A stretch of DNA of 64,000 bases from Babesia bigemina (GCF_000981445.1 NC_027217.1:248001-312000), one strand, 5' to 3'. Positions 47,981-60,704 are shown, counted from the first letter of the stretch. The notes: a model not told the origin generated them from the sequence alone. Made by a program: numbers and translations.

Positions 47981-49368
47981 ATGGCAAATGATGTAGAAAG
48001 TGTATTTCGCCTTGTCTACGAAGATTTGGGTATATACCGCAACGAAGGCAATGGGCTCTGGCAGAACCGAACGTTCTGTATCGTCGGCTTCGAACACGAA
48101 ATACCAAGCGGTGCGGAGCTCATCAAGTACCTACTAGAGGCGCTAATCAAACGTGGAGCTAGCGTCGTAAAGCTGCCCAATGACAAGCTCGAAAACAAGA
48201 CGCTTTCCATTGTAGACCACTACCTATGCAACTACTCGCTGGGATACAACGCCCTCGCCCACGACATTCTTGAAACCAAACTGGTCACTCCAATATGGCT
48301 CTACACGTGCCACCGAGACGCACGCATACACGACACAAAAATGCTGCCTATATTCACGCCGGTGGGAGTGTTCTGCCCGCTTATGTTCGCCAAAGACGAT
48401 GTGACCATTTGGATCGTTAGCGAAATGCCTTCCAAGGAACTCAGACACAGCTCCGATGTCCTGTCGAGGTTTGCCAGGCACTGCGGATTCAAAATCATGG
48501 GATTTGGCGATACTAGATCAGGTTAGCGGCACGTAACTGCACAATTGCAACCTTTGCAGACGCCGCGCCACGGTCGAAGACGTATATAGTCATGGGACAG
48601 ACTCTGGACACAGCGGCAGACTCGCACATTATCGCATACGCTAACAAGCATAAGCTGCCCTGCGTAGCAATTCAGTGGCTTATCGACTGCTACGTGGCCG
48701 GCGAAATTGAGGACATCAAGAAGTACTCCGTTGACATACAGTTCGAGGCTACCATGAAGGCCAACTCGAAGAAGCGCCGTATAAGTGCAATAGATGCGAC
48801 AATTGCAGCGTGCATTCAGGAGGGCCGCGTTATGTGTCTATCCTATTCGGCTGCCGTAGAGGCCACTGAGGAGGTGCGGGAAATGATTAGAAGCAAAGAA
48901 ATAAAAGTGCACGTCATCAACCCTCTATACCTACTCGCGCCGTGGTCGATGGAGCAGATTTCAGGGCGCGAGAGAACCCTCTACAATAATCTCTCTCTGG
49001 TTGACGAAGATCGGATCATTCTATACATTTCAAGGCAGGAGGCGCGCAATGGAGCATTCGGGATATTCGCGCAAATATCCATGTTCATGGATTATTGCAA
49101 ATTCAGACGCAAGAAAAGGAACAAGGCCGTGCGCAACATCGAAATCCACCCACTGCAGGACATGTACCTCCCGGCGTACCCGGGCGTGGAATCAGCCATC
49201 TCCATACCCGAAGAGATGTTGGCCGGGGATTCTTTAGTGTCCAGGGGTCGCACTAGATCGTTCAACTTGTACGACCTAGCTGACAGCGTCGCGTTCATGG
49301 GCGACGACAATGCACTGCTTGAGGAGGAAGAAATGTGCGGACCAGACATCCATGTCCGACAGAGGTGA
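47981..49368 (+). CDS. Tandem BRCT-domain protein; intron ~48522-48559 (alternative end 49419 via intron 49365-49415)
   Basis: LWQNRTFCIVGF...LIKRGASVV...LVTPIWLYTC and ...LPCVAIQWLIDCYVAG are typical BRCT W-x-x-x-C motifs. Confidence 0.7.
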
Positions 49369-49748
49369 GTAGTACGTTGCGTCGTTTAATGCATGCATGA
49401 TGTGGTGTCTATCAGCTAATTGGATTGGACCGTATTGCAATACTGTGCTGGTATTATGTAGAAATCGGGGTGGGGACAGTGCCAGCACGGTGAGCTGGTA
49501 ACAGCACCGATGTACCGTTCCACCGGGGCGCGTGCTCCCTGAGTGACATAATGGCGATACTTTGGCCCTATGCCAACGTCGTAATAACCCGTGTTCGGTG
49601 TTTCATGCGTAATTCCTTGTGCGGAGCTATAATTGCTGCATTCTGGTTCCACGTTACAGCACACCCAGCGCACACTTGCCACACATCACTACGCAGTGCA
49701 AACGAGTACAGTAGATTATTGCGAGATGCAGAGTTGCGATGGAGAGAC

Positions 49749-51100
49749 TCAAAATGAGGCGTTCAAGTGTTCCGCAAGCGCAAATTGCAAGTTGGCCAAA
49801 TTGGAGAGATACGCAATCTGAAGAGCAATTAGCAATGATCGCACAAATACATAGCCGCAAAAGCGATGTAGGCGCAGAACTAGCAACATACCATGAGGTT
49901 GTCTTGCAGCGCGAGCTCAGACAACTTCTCCAACTTCGCCTGACTTATAATGCTCTCGGTCGTAGTAGCCCTCAAGAGGAAGCGGCCCACCTCCGGGTCA
50001 AGTTCAGCCCCCTTCTGGCCGGAAAGGGCTGCTTCCACACGTTTGATGCAAGCATCCAGCAGGTCGGACAATTTCGACAGTGCAATGTCAAACGTAGACG
50101 CCTCCCGAGGCCTGTCTGCCTTGCGCGATTTTGCGCTTTCCATGGACCGCAACAGAGTGGAAATACCGATGGAATCATTGGGCGATGTCACAAGTTCCAG
50201 CTCAACCTCGTGGAACTGGAAGCAGGCCTCCTTGGTCAAGTTGAGTGGCAGTTGGACGAACGCCTGCACAATAACGTAAAATCAGTAACACAGAAAGAAC
50301 GCCCATGTTGATGGAGGCGCGTCAACTTGATGTCTGATTTGCACCACATACCTTGATGACCATGGAACCCGAGTCGCAGGTCGCATCGACCAACAAGTGC
50401 ACGGGTTCGTAGAGATTGGTTTGGGGGTAGAACTTCGAAACGGAGTTGAACTGCTTGAACCATCCATGGACCGCGCAAGTCAGCTCCGTCATTTCACCGC
50501 CGGTGCTGAACCAGCCGACCACTTGTTCCTTGGGGTTCACCTTCTGCTTCAACTCGTACATGCTTTCGTGGTGGTCTTTGATGATTTGTAGCAACCCCTG
50601 TAATAAATGTTATGCCAAGAAATCAATAAGCGAATGGAACCCGAACCAAGTACATGGGCTCAGTAAAAAGCCCACACATCGTAAAAATGTTGCGCACTAA
50701 GTTTGGAACCAGTTGAGCGGTAGTGGTCGTGGGACCAGACAACCATGTACAATATAAATGTGGCATTTGAATGGAAAATCCAACACCGCCCGTGCAATTA
50801 GCCGCGTCATAAAAGCACATTCAAACGAACTATAAGCCGTACCTCGTCAGTAAGGGAATGCCTGTCTACGAAGCAATCGGTGATCTCGACCACATTGCCC
50901 TCGGTGACGATGCCCATCAAAGTACCGATGATGTTGTGCTGTCCCTCTTCACGGCGCATATACGAGTCCAATATGGTGAAGATAACAACGGGGTGGAGCT
51001 TCCACTTAACCGGAGGCAGCGACGATAATTGGAAGCACTTGGAACCGAGCTTGTCCGATATATCGCCCAGCAGCGATTGGGGAATCTTGCCGTCCGCCAT
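49749..51100 (-). CDS. EIF3F: Translation initiation factor eIF3 subunit F (MPN domain); 4 exons, introns 50598-50842, ~50264-50351, ~49818-49891
   Basis: LHPVVIFTILDSYMRR...IIGTLMG...VEITDCF, MYELKQKVNPKEQVVGWFSTG, PVHLLVD, VGRFL, QDNLM|IAYLSNLANLQFALAEHL. Confidence 0.9.
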
Positions 51101-51923
51101 GGTTTATATTGAATATTAAAAAGGAAGTACGGTACTCGAGTTTAAACGGTCAACTTGCGTTCAACGACAATGTGGAAATGGTGTTGGGTACGACCTACGC
51201 AAGATGGCAGCTCACAGACAAAATTTTAACACACCGAGTATTCCGTTAGCTATACTTTAGAATTAATGGTTTTCGGCTGATATACGGCTTGGTGTGCGAC
51301 GAATTTCGAAAAAACGCCTCTGCCCGAAGCCACGTGCTAGCGGTCGATGTTCCAGGCGATCTCGGAGCAATGAAAGGGGTGAAGTGCGAGTTAATTTACT
51401 TTATACGGTGCATACGCGGCTTAAAGAGCGTTATAAAACGCACTAGTTCGATGTAGTCATATGGACACAGTCTTGCTCCTTTTTTGAAATTCCTCGATTC
51501 GCGTGAGAACCACCATGGTGGAATACAGTTATATGTTATTTATACGCAATGCTCAAGTTGTTGTGTCAGTCATGTTTCACCGAGCGAGGTAGGTGTGTTG
51601 CGGATTCCTATGTCCAATCTCTTACCCTTTGTACCGGCTTTCTATCACCAAACAGGGATCCAGCGGCACACGCATGGCATGAAGTGCCACAGCTACTGAG
51701 TACAGCTTATCTACCGAAAATAGGTCTGCGCTTAAGAAACGTGCCTAACGGTACGCAGCAAAAACAAACGACACGCAAGATTTTATTGCGCATGGGTGTT
51801 GCAGCCCTATTTTGAAGTGGTACTTGCCGATGTTAGATTGTACGCTCTCGTAGGCCGTCTCGGGTCGGAATTTACGCTAATTAGATCTGATTGTAGATTG
51901 AAGAATCGGGGTTCGCTGTAAAG

Positions 51924-52005
51924 GGCGGTTTGTCCGAGCGGTTAAGGAGATGGACTTGAAATCCATTGGGCGTTGCCCGCGCAGGTTCGAATCCTGCAGC
52001 CGTCG
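51924..52005 (+). tRNA. trnS-UGA: tRNA-Ser (anticodon UGA)
   Basis: Acceptor GGCGGTT/AGCCGTC+G, D-arm GTCCGAGCGGTTAAGGAG, anticodon arm ATGGA-CT-TGA-AA-TCCAT, long variable arm GGGCGTTGCCC, T-arm GCAGG-TTCGAAT-CCTGC. Confidence 0.97.
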
Positions 52006-52060
52006 ATTTATAGCCATATGAAATCTATTATATATAAACCTCGTACTATTAACGAACGCA

Positions 52061-52483
52061 ATGGCCGGAAGGAGAAAAGCGCGTCATAAGGGAATTGGAA
52101 AGAAGCGCAATCTCAAGCGTGGAATCCGAGACCTTAAGCAGCGGAGGAAAGACATCGACCAGGGTACGGATAAGCAGGTCTGACGCACCATATTTTGCAG
52201 TGTATGAGACAGTGATGGCAGGGGACATGGAAGTTGATCACACCGCTGCTGGTTCTGACGACGAAGGTCACGGTGAGCTTGACGCTGTGAGGTGATACAT
52301 TTGGTCCAGACGCCTATTGCAAATATTGCGACCGCTATTTTAATGACGAAGACGCTCTTCAGAGCCATAAAAAAGAGAAGGGGCACAAAAAACGGGTGAA
52401 GGAAGTTCACGCATATCAGCCCATGGACTGACACGTGTGCACATTCTAAAGTGCAAGTCGACACTGATCACGGTCGATATTGA
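52061..52483 (+). CDS. BUD20: Bud20/ZNF593 C2H2 zinc-finger 60S biogenesis factor, 3 exons
   Basis: KRGIRDLKQRRKDIDQ|V and YCKYCDRYFNDEDALQSHKKEKGHKKRVKE; GT-AG introns from 52164. Confidence 0.85.
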
Positions 52484-52490
52484 CGTTAAT

Positions 52491-53231
52491 TTATCCATTT
52501 TCGCCGAGTTCGTGATCTCTTACCAGTAATGTGTGTAGGAACCTCAGGTACCACGGCAAATCGGCGAGGTAAGACGGCGAAAGTGCCAGCAGCTTGTGCG
52601 GTATAGCTCCGTGATTGGCAGAGCTCGATTCCTCGCGTGGTGAATCGGGTGGATCACTCGCATTGGCGCCTTCTATGTGGCGTATCAACAAATCCTTTAA
52701 GAAACGCTTATTGTTGTAGCAAAACTTCAATTTTTCGGCATCGTCCAGCGCGGAGATCGTTTCGGCATCTAAATGCTTGAAGTTGCAGTGCGACTCGTTG
52801 CTGCAACTGCCATGCAACACGCTATTACGACATAAGAACAAACTCGGATCATGCGAGTACTTGCAGGCAGAGGCAGAGTACTTGCACTTCGTTGGTCCTT
52901 GAATGTAGTACCGGCACAACTTGAGATCCTTCGACGTCAGAGGGACGCAGTCGTGCGAAAAACTGCAGCTGGTCCCGTGAACACATGAGCCTGTTCGGTA
53001 GTAGAATTTGCAAAGAGGGCGCTTTGTATCCGATGATGGCAAGTGGCTACTCGATTGCCTCGGCGTCCATGCCTGCGATTCCACGCGGTGGGACTGCGAC
53101 TCCGCTCTACGCTTCAGTATTTCCAAGTACCGCTGTCGGTGACGTGCAGCGGCTTCCTCGGACCTTCGCCGCTTTTTTTTCAAAGTTGGCGATTTAGACG
53201 TGGAGTCCGGATACCCGTCATTACACGTCAT
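52491..53231 (-). CDS. CCCH zinc-finger protein (three C-x8/9-C-x5/6-C-x3-H fingers)
   Basis: CKFYYRTGSCVHGTSCSFSH, CRYYIQGPTKCKYSASACKYSH, CRNSVLHGSCSNESHCNFKH; basic NLS KKKRRR. Start codon uncertain. Confidence 0.85.
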   Translation of the reverse strand: MTCNDGYPDSTSKSPTLKKKRRRSEEAAARHRQRYLEILKRRAESQSHRVESQAWTPRQSSSHLPSSDTKRPLCKFYYRTGSCVHGTSCSFSHDCVPLTSKDLKLCRYYIQGPTKCKYSASACKYSHDPSLFLCRNSVLHGSCSNESHCNFKHLDAETISALDDAEKLKFCYNNKRFLKDLLIRHIEGANASDPPDSPREESSSANHGAIPHKLLALSPSYLADLPWYLRFLHTLLVRDHELGENG

Positions 53232-54169
53232 ATTACAGCTAACAATGCGTTGTTATGGGTAGCCGTAATGGATTCTGGGAATAACGCTACATATCGCCAA
53301 GATGTGTTACGGCGGAACCGCTTGGGACACAACGTGTGATCATGAGGTAATCATGTGTCAAAACCCAAAAATATTGCTGGAGGTTTTGATATGATTTGTT
53401 GTCGGCTGCCCATGGTGCTTGAAAAGTGTATTTACCTATGTCTATTGCGTTTGACCCTCCTGCGTGAGAATCCACAACACTAACATAAGCAGCATTAAGG
53501 AGGTTGCCAAGCGCAACCGCAGAATAACGTATATGTGCTAAATGCGTGATTTAGAAGTGTATTGCCACGGGCTGGTGGCCTTGGCGATATTAGCGTGTGT
53601 ATAGCTCGTGACTTTGGCGATGATGACCAAGCGTGAATGAAGCCGAAGTCAACGACGGAATTTACTACACACCACTACTATGCGTCGCAATTGAGCACTG
53701 CCAATAATGTGGAAGGCTCTGAAATTATGGCAACTTCAACATCCGCTGGCGTCCTTGCAGATTCATGGCTCGTGACCGTGCGTACAAGTGCTAAGCCTCG
53801 GCCAGCTACAGGTCACCAACCGGCCGACGAAATCGCAAAAATACAGCAATCGAATGCGTTGTGCAGTTCCACAACGGGAGAAAGGTGTCCTTAACGGTTT
53901 GTAACCGAAAGGTGACTCACGCATATCCGTGTCTAGTATGAAAATATACTGTTTTATTACCGCTGTAGCTGCCGTTACTGTTCATATTGCTTATCTCTGG
54001 AGTTAGGGTAGATGTGTAAATGCCGTGAAAAGGTAGACGGCCATAACTGGGTGTTGACGCCGACCAGTGTGTATGGCTGCCATTAGATGATAACTTAATC
54101 CTCTTTCAAAATATCGTACACCAATCGCAAGGATATCGAGTAAAGTACTCATTTGAAGTTTAGGAAGGC

Positions 54170-56618
54170 ATGATGATGGTGCCCCTCTCACGCCGCTCAG
54201 TGTGGCGAAAACGCCTATGCATGCTCATTGTATGGGTCGCCATAGTGTGTTCATTTAACCCTGTAGGCGCCTGGAGAAGTGAAAGGGGGCTCAGAGACAG
54301 AGCTGAAACCCATGAGACGAAAGGCGAAACTAAAGCAAATGACAAGACTACAGGCTCCACATCGGTCCACCACGGAGACAAGCATGTTGACGACACATAC
54401 ACCGAACTAAATGAGGCTTTAAAAGGGAATATGCGCCAAAAAGTGGACGCAGCGATTGCTAGTAGCGCTATTCAGTCGCAACCGAGGGGTAGGTTTGGCG
54501 CATTTATCATTTGTATTACTCCCTAGGCCTCCCTGTATCCGTCAATGGAACAAGCAGCGAAAAGCGAGATGACATTGTATACCAACCTGCTAAAGGATTT
54601 TTGAATACAGCATACTTCAATACGCTTCTGGTCATTTTCGCAATCCTAGTGCTTGTCCTCACGCTGGTCGCCGACATAGAAATGCGAATACAGTCCAAGG
54701 ATGAATTCATGCGGCAGGCTTTCGACAACTGCGTGCGGCAGGTTGCGCTCATGAGTTTCGTAACCCTCAGTCTTTACATTGCAATGCACACGGATTTGGC
54801 CAAACGGCTGGACGAACTCTTCGTCAGGGATTCAAAACACCTTGAGGTCTTCGATGCACTCATGCAAATATCATTCTTCCTGTTCTGTGGGTTCTTTTTG
54901 TATTGTATATACATCGGTATCGTGGTGTCAAGGTGGACTAAGTTCATGCGTAAAGCAGATGAGGCAGATGTGCTGACCTCCGCGAAAGAGTTCGACTTCG
55001 TCAAGGGCAGCCTGTTTAGCTGGAACCGCACCGCCATCGACAAGGCCAGGTACATGGTCAACAGAATGGAGTTCGGTGATGCCGTCAAGCAGAGGGGGTA
55101 CTCGGACGTTGGCGGCTGTTATTTCATGGATTACCTTAGAGCCTCGCTTATACAGATAGCGATGACCCTGATTAGGATATCGCGTGTGAGCTTGTTTGTG
55201 GCGTTAGTGGTGCTTGTAGCATTGAGGTGAGAGCTGAATACGACTTGTTACAACTTTGCAGGTTCATAGGCCCCGTCCATATCATGCGCACCATACACAT
55301 CCTCTCGTCTCTAAACACCGCGGCTGTAGTCGCTCTTGCTTGGCGGATTTGGTATATAGAATCGCATCTTTACCCGCCAGAACTATCGCAATATATGCTT
55401 TTGAAGCTCAATGTGTCCGACGTCGGTGAAGCGTTGCAGCCTACGTACAAGGGGGACAACAACGAGGTACGGTGATCGGCGATTAATTTTGACAGCCTTC
55501 AGTATACACCATCTAACATCGTACAATACTGGATCTGTGGGGACACGGCAATAAACGCTCATGAAAATTTGTTCTGGTTGAAGCAACATGGTCCCGTCGT
55601 ACTGCACAAGGCCTTCGAAGCGTTGCTCTTCTGCCACCTCATGATACTATCCGTATGGTTATATTGCTTGAAAAACAACGCCAGTGCTATTACTGAGGAT
55701 TACGATGCCGCTGCTCCGATTGTAGGCACTCTGATAGTCGCCTTGCTCGCACCGAGCATGCTTTACTCCCTGGTGATCGTGACCAGGTGCGGCAACCTGA
55801 TCGATTTCGAGCTTTTGGAGAAGGTTCTCACGTCACACAAAAACGAAAATGCCAAAAATGCGCTGCAGTTAATCGACTCGCTAGCCTTGGAGGCAATCAT
55901 ATTCGCGTTGGAGAAGGGCGCGGATGATCAGTGGAGAAAATTACTGGCTAAGCAGAAGGCGCTACCAGATGCCATTAATAACCAACTGATGTCGCATTGG
56001 AATTCCATGAAGAATGGAAAGGATGAAATTAAGTTCTCCGCGCTGCTAAAGTACTTCCAATCGCAATGGGGAAACTTCCGCTCGTGTAACCAACAGCGCA
56101 TGAAGGTTGGTTTGGTTCACAGAGATGGCTGTAAATGTATGCATGAATCATGTGTACCCGTTCCATTTTTATGCAACGATGTATGACGTTACAGGATTTC
56201 GTCAAGCAGTTCATGCACAACGACCCGAAAACCATGAACTGCCAGGAGTTTATGGTCTTTGGATACGCCATCAAAAGCATGATACTAACACCGCTGGAAG
56301 AAGAGTATCAAATTGTGCGTTTATTAACCGTCTATCTATATATTTCAGGCGCTCTTTGAAGACAAGTTCGAGATCCCATGGCGGTCGCCATGCGGCATTG
56401 ACCTTAACAATTTCGATGCGATTATAACGAAGGTGAGATATAATTCCATCAATTTCATAATGTACTAGCTGAATATCAAGTGGATCAAGAGTTCTCAAAG
56501 GCACTTTTTGGAGTTTATTGCAGGGGGTGCTGTTGAAGGCATCTCGCCGCATTATCTAATAAGGCAACTTGACAACTTCCAACAAGCCTGCCAGAAAAAC
56601 TACTTTAGCACGGTATAA
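54170..56618 (+). CDS. Multi-pass membrane protein, MLO-like, with degenerate C-terminal EF-hands; multi-exon
   Basis: Signal-like N-terminus; ~7 TM segments over ORFs 54511-55230, 55227-55475 and 55569-56186; spliced tail ends ...QKNYFSTV* at 56618. Confidence 0.6.
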
Positions 56619-57878
56619 TAGTCAAAAGTTGTCCCACGCCACTAGACAATTATATTTAATGAAACGGTTGAAGTAGCATGTACGTCACCTCAGAGTAATG
56701 CGTCATTGTCCGTTCATGATACATGCGTGCTAAAAAGGTTCATCAAAACCAAACAGGGTTGTGGAAGCATTTATATACACGTCTTCAAAAAATAAAAGAT
56801 CAATATTGACTCAACTCATTTCGACGAATATTAATCACACAGGAGTTTCCACCGAAACCGTATTCGACCAACATCATTTCATTTAAGTATAATTATAGAT
56901 ACATAAGGGATGGAAAAACGTTACAGTTCGCACGCTGCTCAGCGTTCGACTCTAATTAGGATAGATATACTGACACGCTCTGCGTATGTCAATAGTTTTT
57001 TTGTACACGCGAATATTATACTCCACAGGTCATCCAGAAGGACTTATTGCTGGTAAATCCATATTTCTAGTTACTTATAGTGCATTTCTAGATCCATACT
57101 GCCGTCGCTCCCTTGTCGACATAACAGGGTCGCATATCCCTAAAGCTATACCTACAACCCGTAAACGGATCGCTGGGTGGCATCCATACGTCGACAATAT
57201 CATTGCTATAATGGTATACTCATGCCACCAGAGGTAGCAGCCAGTGGCGGTCAACGTCGTCTCTTCCTACCCTGTCTGCAGAAACAAACACGTGCATTGA
57301 TGCAACGCTTGCCTTTGTCTGATATACGATACCACTACAATACTTTAGCACATTATAACGGTGTCGCTGTAGAATACGTTTCTCGATTAAATTGTTTCCC
57401 CTTCAGGTCCTTACACCCGTACATGCGCCGATTTTCGGCAGCTGTATCCACTCACCTCGATTGGTTGTTAATCCGAATTGCAGAATTGCGTCTACATTAA
57501 TTCATCTGCACACCACGATTGTGTCTTGTCTGTGGTTCAGTGGCGCCAAGAAAAATGTTTTCTTCTGACATCGACAATCCTTCAGTACTCAATATTTCGT
57601 GTTCTTGTATGCATTAAATTGTTCCAATATTACAATATCAGAGCAATCATCGAATACATCGGCTCAATTAATTGGCTGTGCTATTTAGACTCGTGAATGA
57701 ATTTTCCTCGATGTCAACAGCTAGCTACAGCGATGGGGCATCACCACCATTCGTGTTCATAAACAATAAATTCACAATATTTGTTTTCGTTTGCGCATAC
57801 ATAATATATGTATGTTTGTTGTGCAAATATTCTCTTGGATACAGTTGCCAACCATAGTATTGCGCAAAATAGGCAACC

Positions 57879-60704
57879 ATGGTCAAATTTAGCATCATGA
57901 AATATGTGTTAGCACTGTATGCAATAAGCATTTTATCTATCAGATTTATTGGTGCACTGTATTTTGATTTCGGAAATCCATATGACCTACTCATCAGCAA
58001 TGCTCTTGTCGGATGCGATATGGATATGGATGCCATTGAGACCGCAGCTATTATATGCCCAAATCGAGTTAACGATACAGAATACGTCTGGCATCCTCAG
58101 CCACGTGCAGGTAATCACACTAGTATTTATACATATGTAAGTGGTAATGACACGCTTGATTCCGTTCCTATTTCGGAAGTGGTGCGATCCGAATCTGTAA
58201 ATGCAGTCTTATGGTTCAAATTTAAAGTTTCACAAACGGAACTGCATTATACAAAGGAATTTGATCAGTTGATTACTGTTACCAAACACCGTTTGATGTT
58301 CATATGCGGACCGCGAGATATGGTTTTGAGTGATGAACTGCAGCGCCACCTGGAACAACTTGATAGCTTCAACGAAGTGCAAGCGTTCCCATGGGTTCCT
58401 GGTACATCACTGACTCAGGAAATATCAAAGATAGGAAGCGGTTTGGGAGTGTTCTATTTACATAGAAGGAACATGTACCTACCACTTCAGGGCTGCGGCA
58501 GCCGGCCTTCACCGCTCTTCGATCCGGATATGGAAGTGACTCTGGATCCTGTCACATACACACGTTCTTGCACGGCGGATCCTATGTCAGAAACACGGAT
58601 TGCATTTGTTTGCGAAGGCCTAATTGAACCTGACGGTTGCATGAAATCTCTCATTAACCAGAATGACCAAGTTGTGCCCGCCCCCGAACCACAGTCATAT
58701 TGGACTTTTAATAAACGTGGAAAATGGATAATATCATCATATTTTGATGGACTGGCATTACCGTCCTTTCATGGCGAATGCCGATGCATAGATCCTTGGA
58801 CTGGTCACGTAAAAGCTAGGATAGAGATTCGTCCGAAAACCGAATACAGTTGTGACATTGCAAGCATGCTTTTACGCAATGGTATTCGCTCTATCCCTGG
58901 CACTTGGTGCTCCGTCATCCTCCATCCGGGGAGCACCTTGACCATACGGTTGCCCACAGACGGCGTAGATTCGGGGTCTGGTGAGGATTTGCCGCAACTA
59001 TTACCTAAAGACTTGACCACACTGAGACAACTGAAATCATTACGTGACATCGATCTATACGACGAAATCCCGCGTCACCAAGCCCTCGCCGGGGATGCCC
59101 TAGAGTTGGATGTTTCACAAATGGACCGTGGAGAGGTAAAATTGAAGTACCATTTGGGCAAACCACTCACATTGATAGGGGGGTTAAACTCATTTGTATA
59201 TCATTGGAATTTGAAATCAACGAACGAGTATCTCCTGGAAAGAATACGTGCAACAGTTAATGTCTCATTTGCATTTACCCACGAGTACGAAATGTTTGGT
59301 TGCGACCGACGGACGCCGGGTGTCTTTCACTCATTCGCTAGCGAAGAATACTGTTCAACCAAATTGATGGGAAATGGTATTGGCCCTACGTATGAATGCG
59401 TATGTGATATGTCTTTAGACAGCGGGCAGGCCGGTATTTACTGCAGACCCGACGAGGTGCTGCTGCCGGAAAACTGTAAGTCTAGAATGTACGACATCTT
59501 CTCCAATCAGATTACGCCAATGCCTAAATCCATGAAAAATGTGACACTTCAATCCATCTCAGGATTTCAAGTAATCCAACATAAATCTGAAAGCTATATC
59601 CCTCTCAGTTATGCTTGTATGTGTATCAATGAATATGGATATGAAACCTCAAGGCTTTTGCTTGAGAATAACCGTTACGAAAGCCAAGAGTACACGGTAG
59701 ATCGTGAAGAGGCGTCTATCACGTCTATACCATACATAGTATTACCTTGGAATGAGGTTGAAGTATCCAGTGAAGACTTGACAAAGGACAAACATCTTGT
59801 ACTATACAACATACATCAAAAGTCGGTAAAACTGCGTGTTGGAACAACGTTAAGCATGACTTGTGCTTTTGGTCGAGACGCGCAAAACTACGTTGCAAAC
59901 AACAGTGACATAACAACAACATGGCTTCCCGTACAGCCTGAAGTATTCCATTACGTTCTCACTGAGACAACACATGGAGATGGGTTGATTCGTAAAGCGT
60001 ACAAAGATGCCATCCTCACTACACCTGATGGGTTTTCTGTTGTGCTCTATGATGATCCTTCTCAAGAAAATCAACATTTAATAATAGAATCGCATAGAGG
60101 CGCTATTCTGATATCAAAAGATCCACTACACAAGAAATTGGTGCCAATGGCATTCGTGTGCGGGAAGGCGCCCGAACCATCGGATTTTTCAGTTATCACT
60201 CACGACATGACTGCATCGGACTCATCATCAGATTCCATATCGCAGACCACAATATGGCCGGAAAGGTACACGTGGAATGTGGTTGAAGTTGCTGTCGAAA
60301 TGACGGACCCCTACATGCAGGGCTGCGGTGTTACGTCCTCATTGGATGAGTTGTTCAAGCCTGAAACACCCCTAATCTACAATGAGAAAGGAGAAGACAG
60401 CGGTTGCAAGATAGACCTTCAGACTGCGGGTGAGGCAGCGTTCTATTGCCCAGTACCGTACGTCCTGGACCCACCCGGTTGCTTCAACCAAGTCTCGGTG
60501 AACGGTGAAGTGAAGAACTTGAGTGACATCAGCCAGTCTTTGGTAGCATCACATTCCAATCACTTCGTAACCGTGCGTCTATATAGTTCACTTGCAGGAC
60601 CATACGAGACCCTGCGCCAGACCCCGCCGTTGGAGTGCCGATGTGTCACCATCAAGGGCATCGTGCTGTCTACCATCCAGATCGAGAACTACTACTCCAA
60701 GTAA
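57879..60704 (+). CDS. Secreted multi-domain s48/45 (6-Cys)-like protein, paralogue of 38273-41152
   Basis: Signal peptide; shared motifs TEYVWHPQP, FICGPRD, QGCGSRPS.LF.PD, GECRCIDP.TGHVKAR.EIR, GCKIDLQTAGEAAFYCPVPYVLDPP, TPPLECRCVT.KGIVLS. Confidence 0.78.
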   Translation: MVKFSIMKYVLALYAISILSIRFIGALYFDFGNPYDLLISNALVGCDMDMDAIETAAIICPNRVNDTEYVWHPQPRAGNHTSIYTYVSGNDTLDSVPISEVVRSESVNAVLWFKFKVSQTELHYTKEFDQLITVTKHRLMFICGPRDMVLSDELQRHLEQLDSFNEVQAFPWVPGTSLTQEISKIGSGLGVFYLHRRNMYLPLQGCGSRPSPLFDPDMEVTLDPVTYTRSCTADPMSETRIAFVCEGLIEPDGCMKSLINQNDQVVPAPEPQSYWTFNKRGKWIISSYFDGLALPSFHGECRCIDPWTGHVKARIEIRPKTEYSCDIASMLLRNGIRSIPGTWCSVILHPGSTLTIRLPTDGVDSGSGEDLPQLLPKDLTTLRQLKSLRDIDLYDEIPRHQALAGDALELDVSQMDRGEVKLKYHLGKPLTLIGGLNSFVYHWNLKSTNEYLLERIRATVNVSFAFTHEYEMFGCDRRTPGVFHSFASEEYCSTKLMGNGIGPTYECVCDMSLDSGQAGIYCRPDEVLLPENCKSRMYDIFSNQITPMPKSMKNVTLQSISGFQVIQHKSESYIPLSYACMCINEYGYETSRLLLENNRYESQEYTVDREEASITSIPYIVLPWNEVEVSSEDLTKDKHLVLYNIHQKSVKLRVGTTLSMTCAFGRDAQNYVANNSDITTTWLPVQPEVFHYVLTETTHGDGLIRKAYKDAILTTPDGFSVVLYDDPSQENQHLIIESHRGAILISKDPLHKKLVPMAFVCGKAPEPSDFSVITHDMTASDSSSDSISQTTIWPERYTWNVVEVAVEMTDPYMQGCGVTSSLDELFKPETPLIYNEKGEDSGCKIDLQTAGEAAFYCPVPYVLDPPGCFNQVSVNGEVKNLSDISQSLVASHSNHFVTVRLYSSLAGPYETLRQTPPLECRCVTIKGIVLSTIQIENYYSK

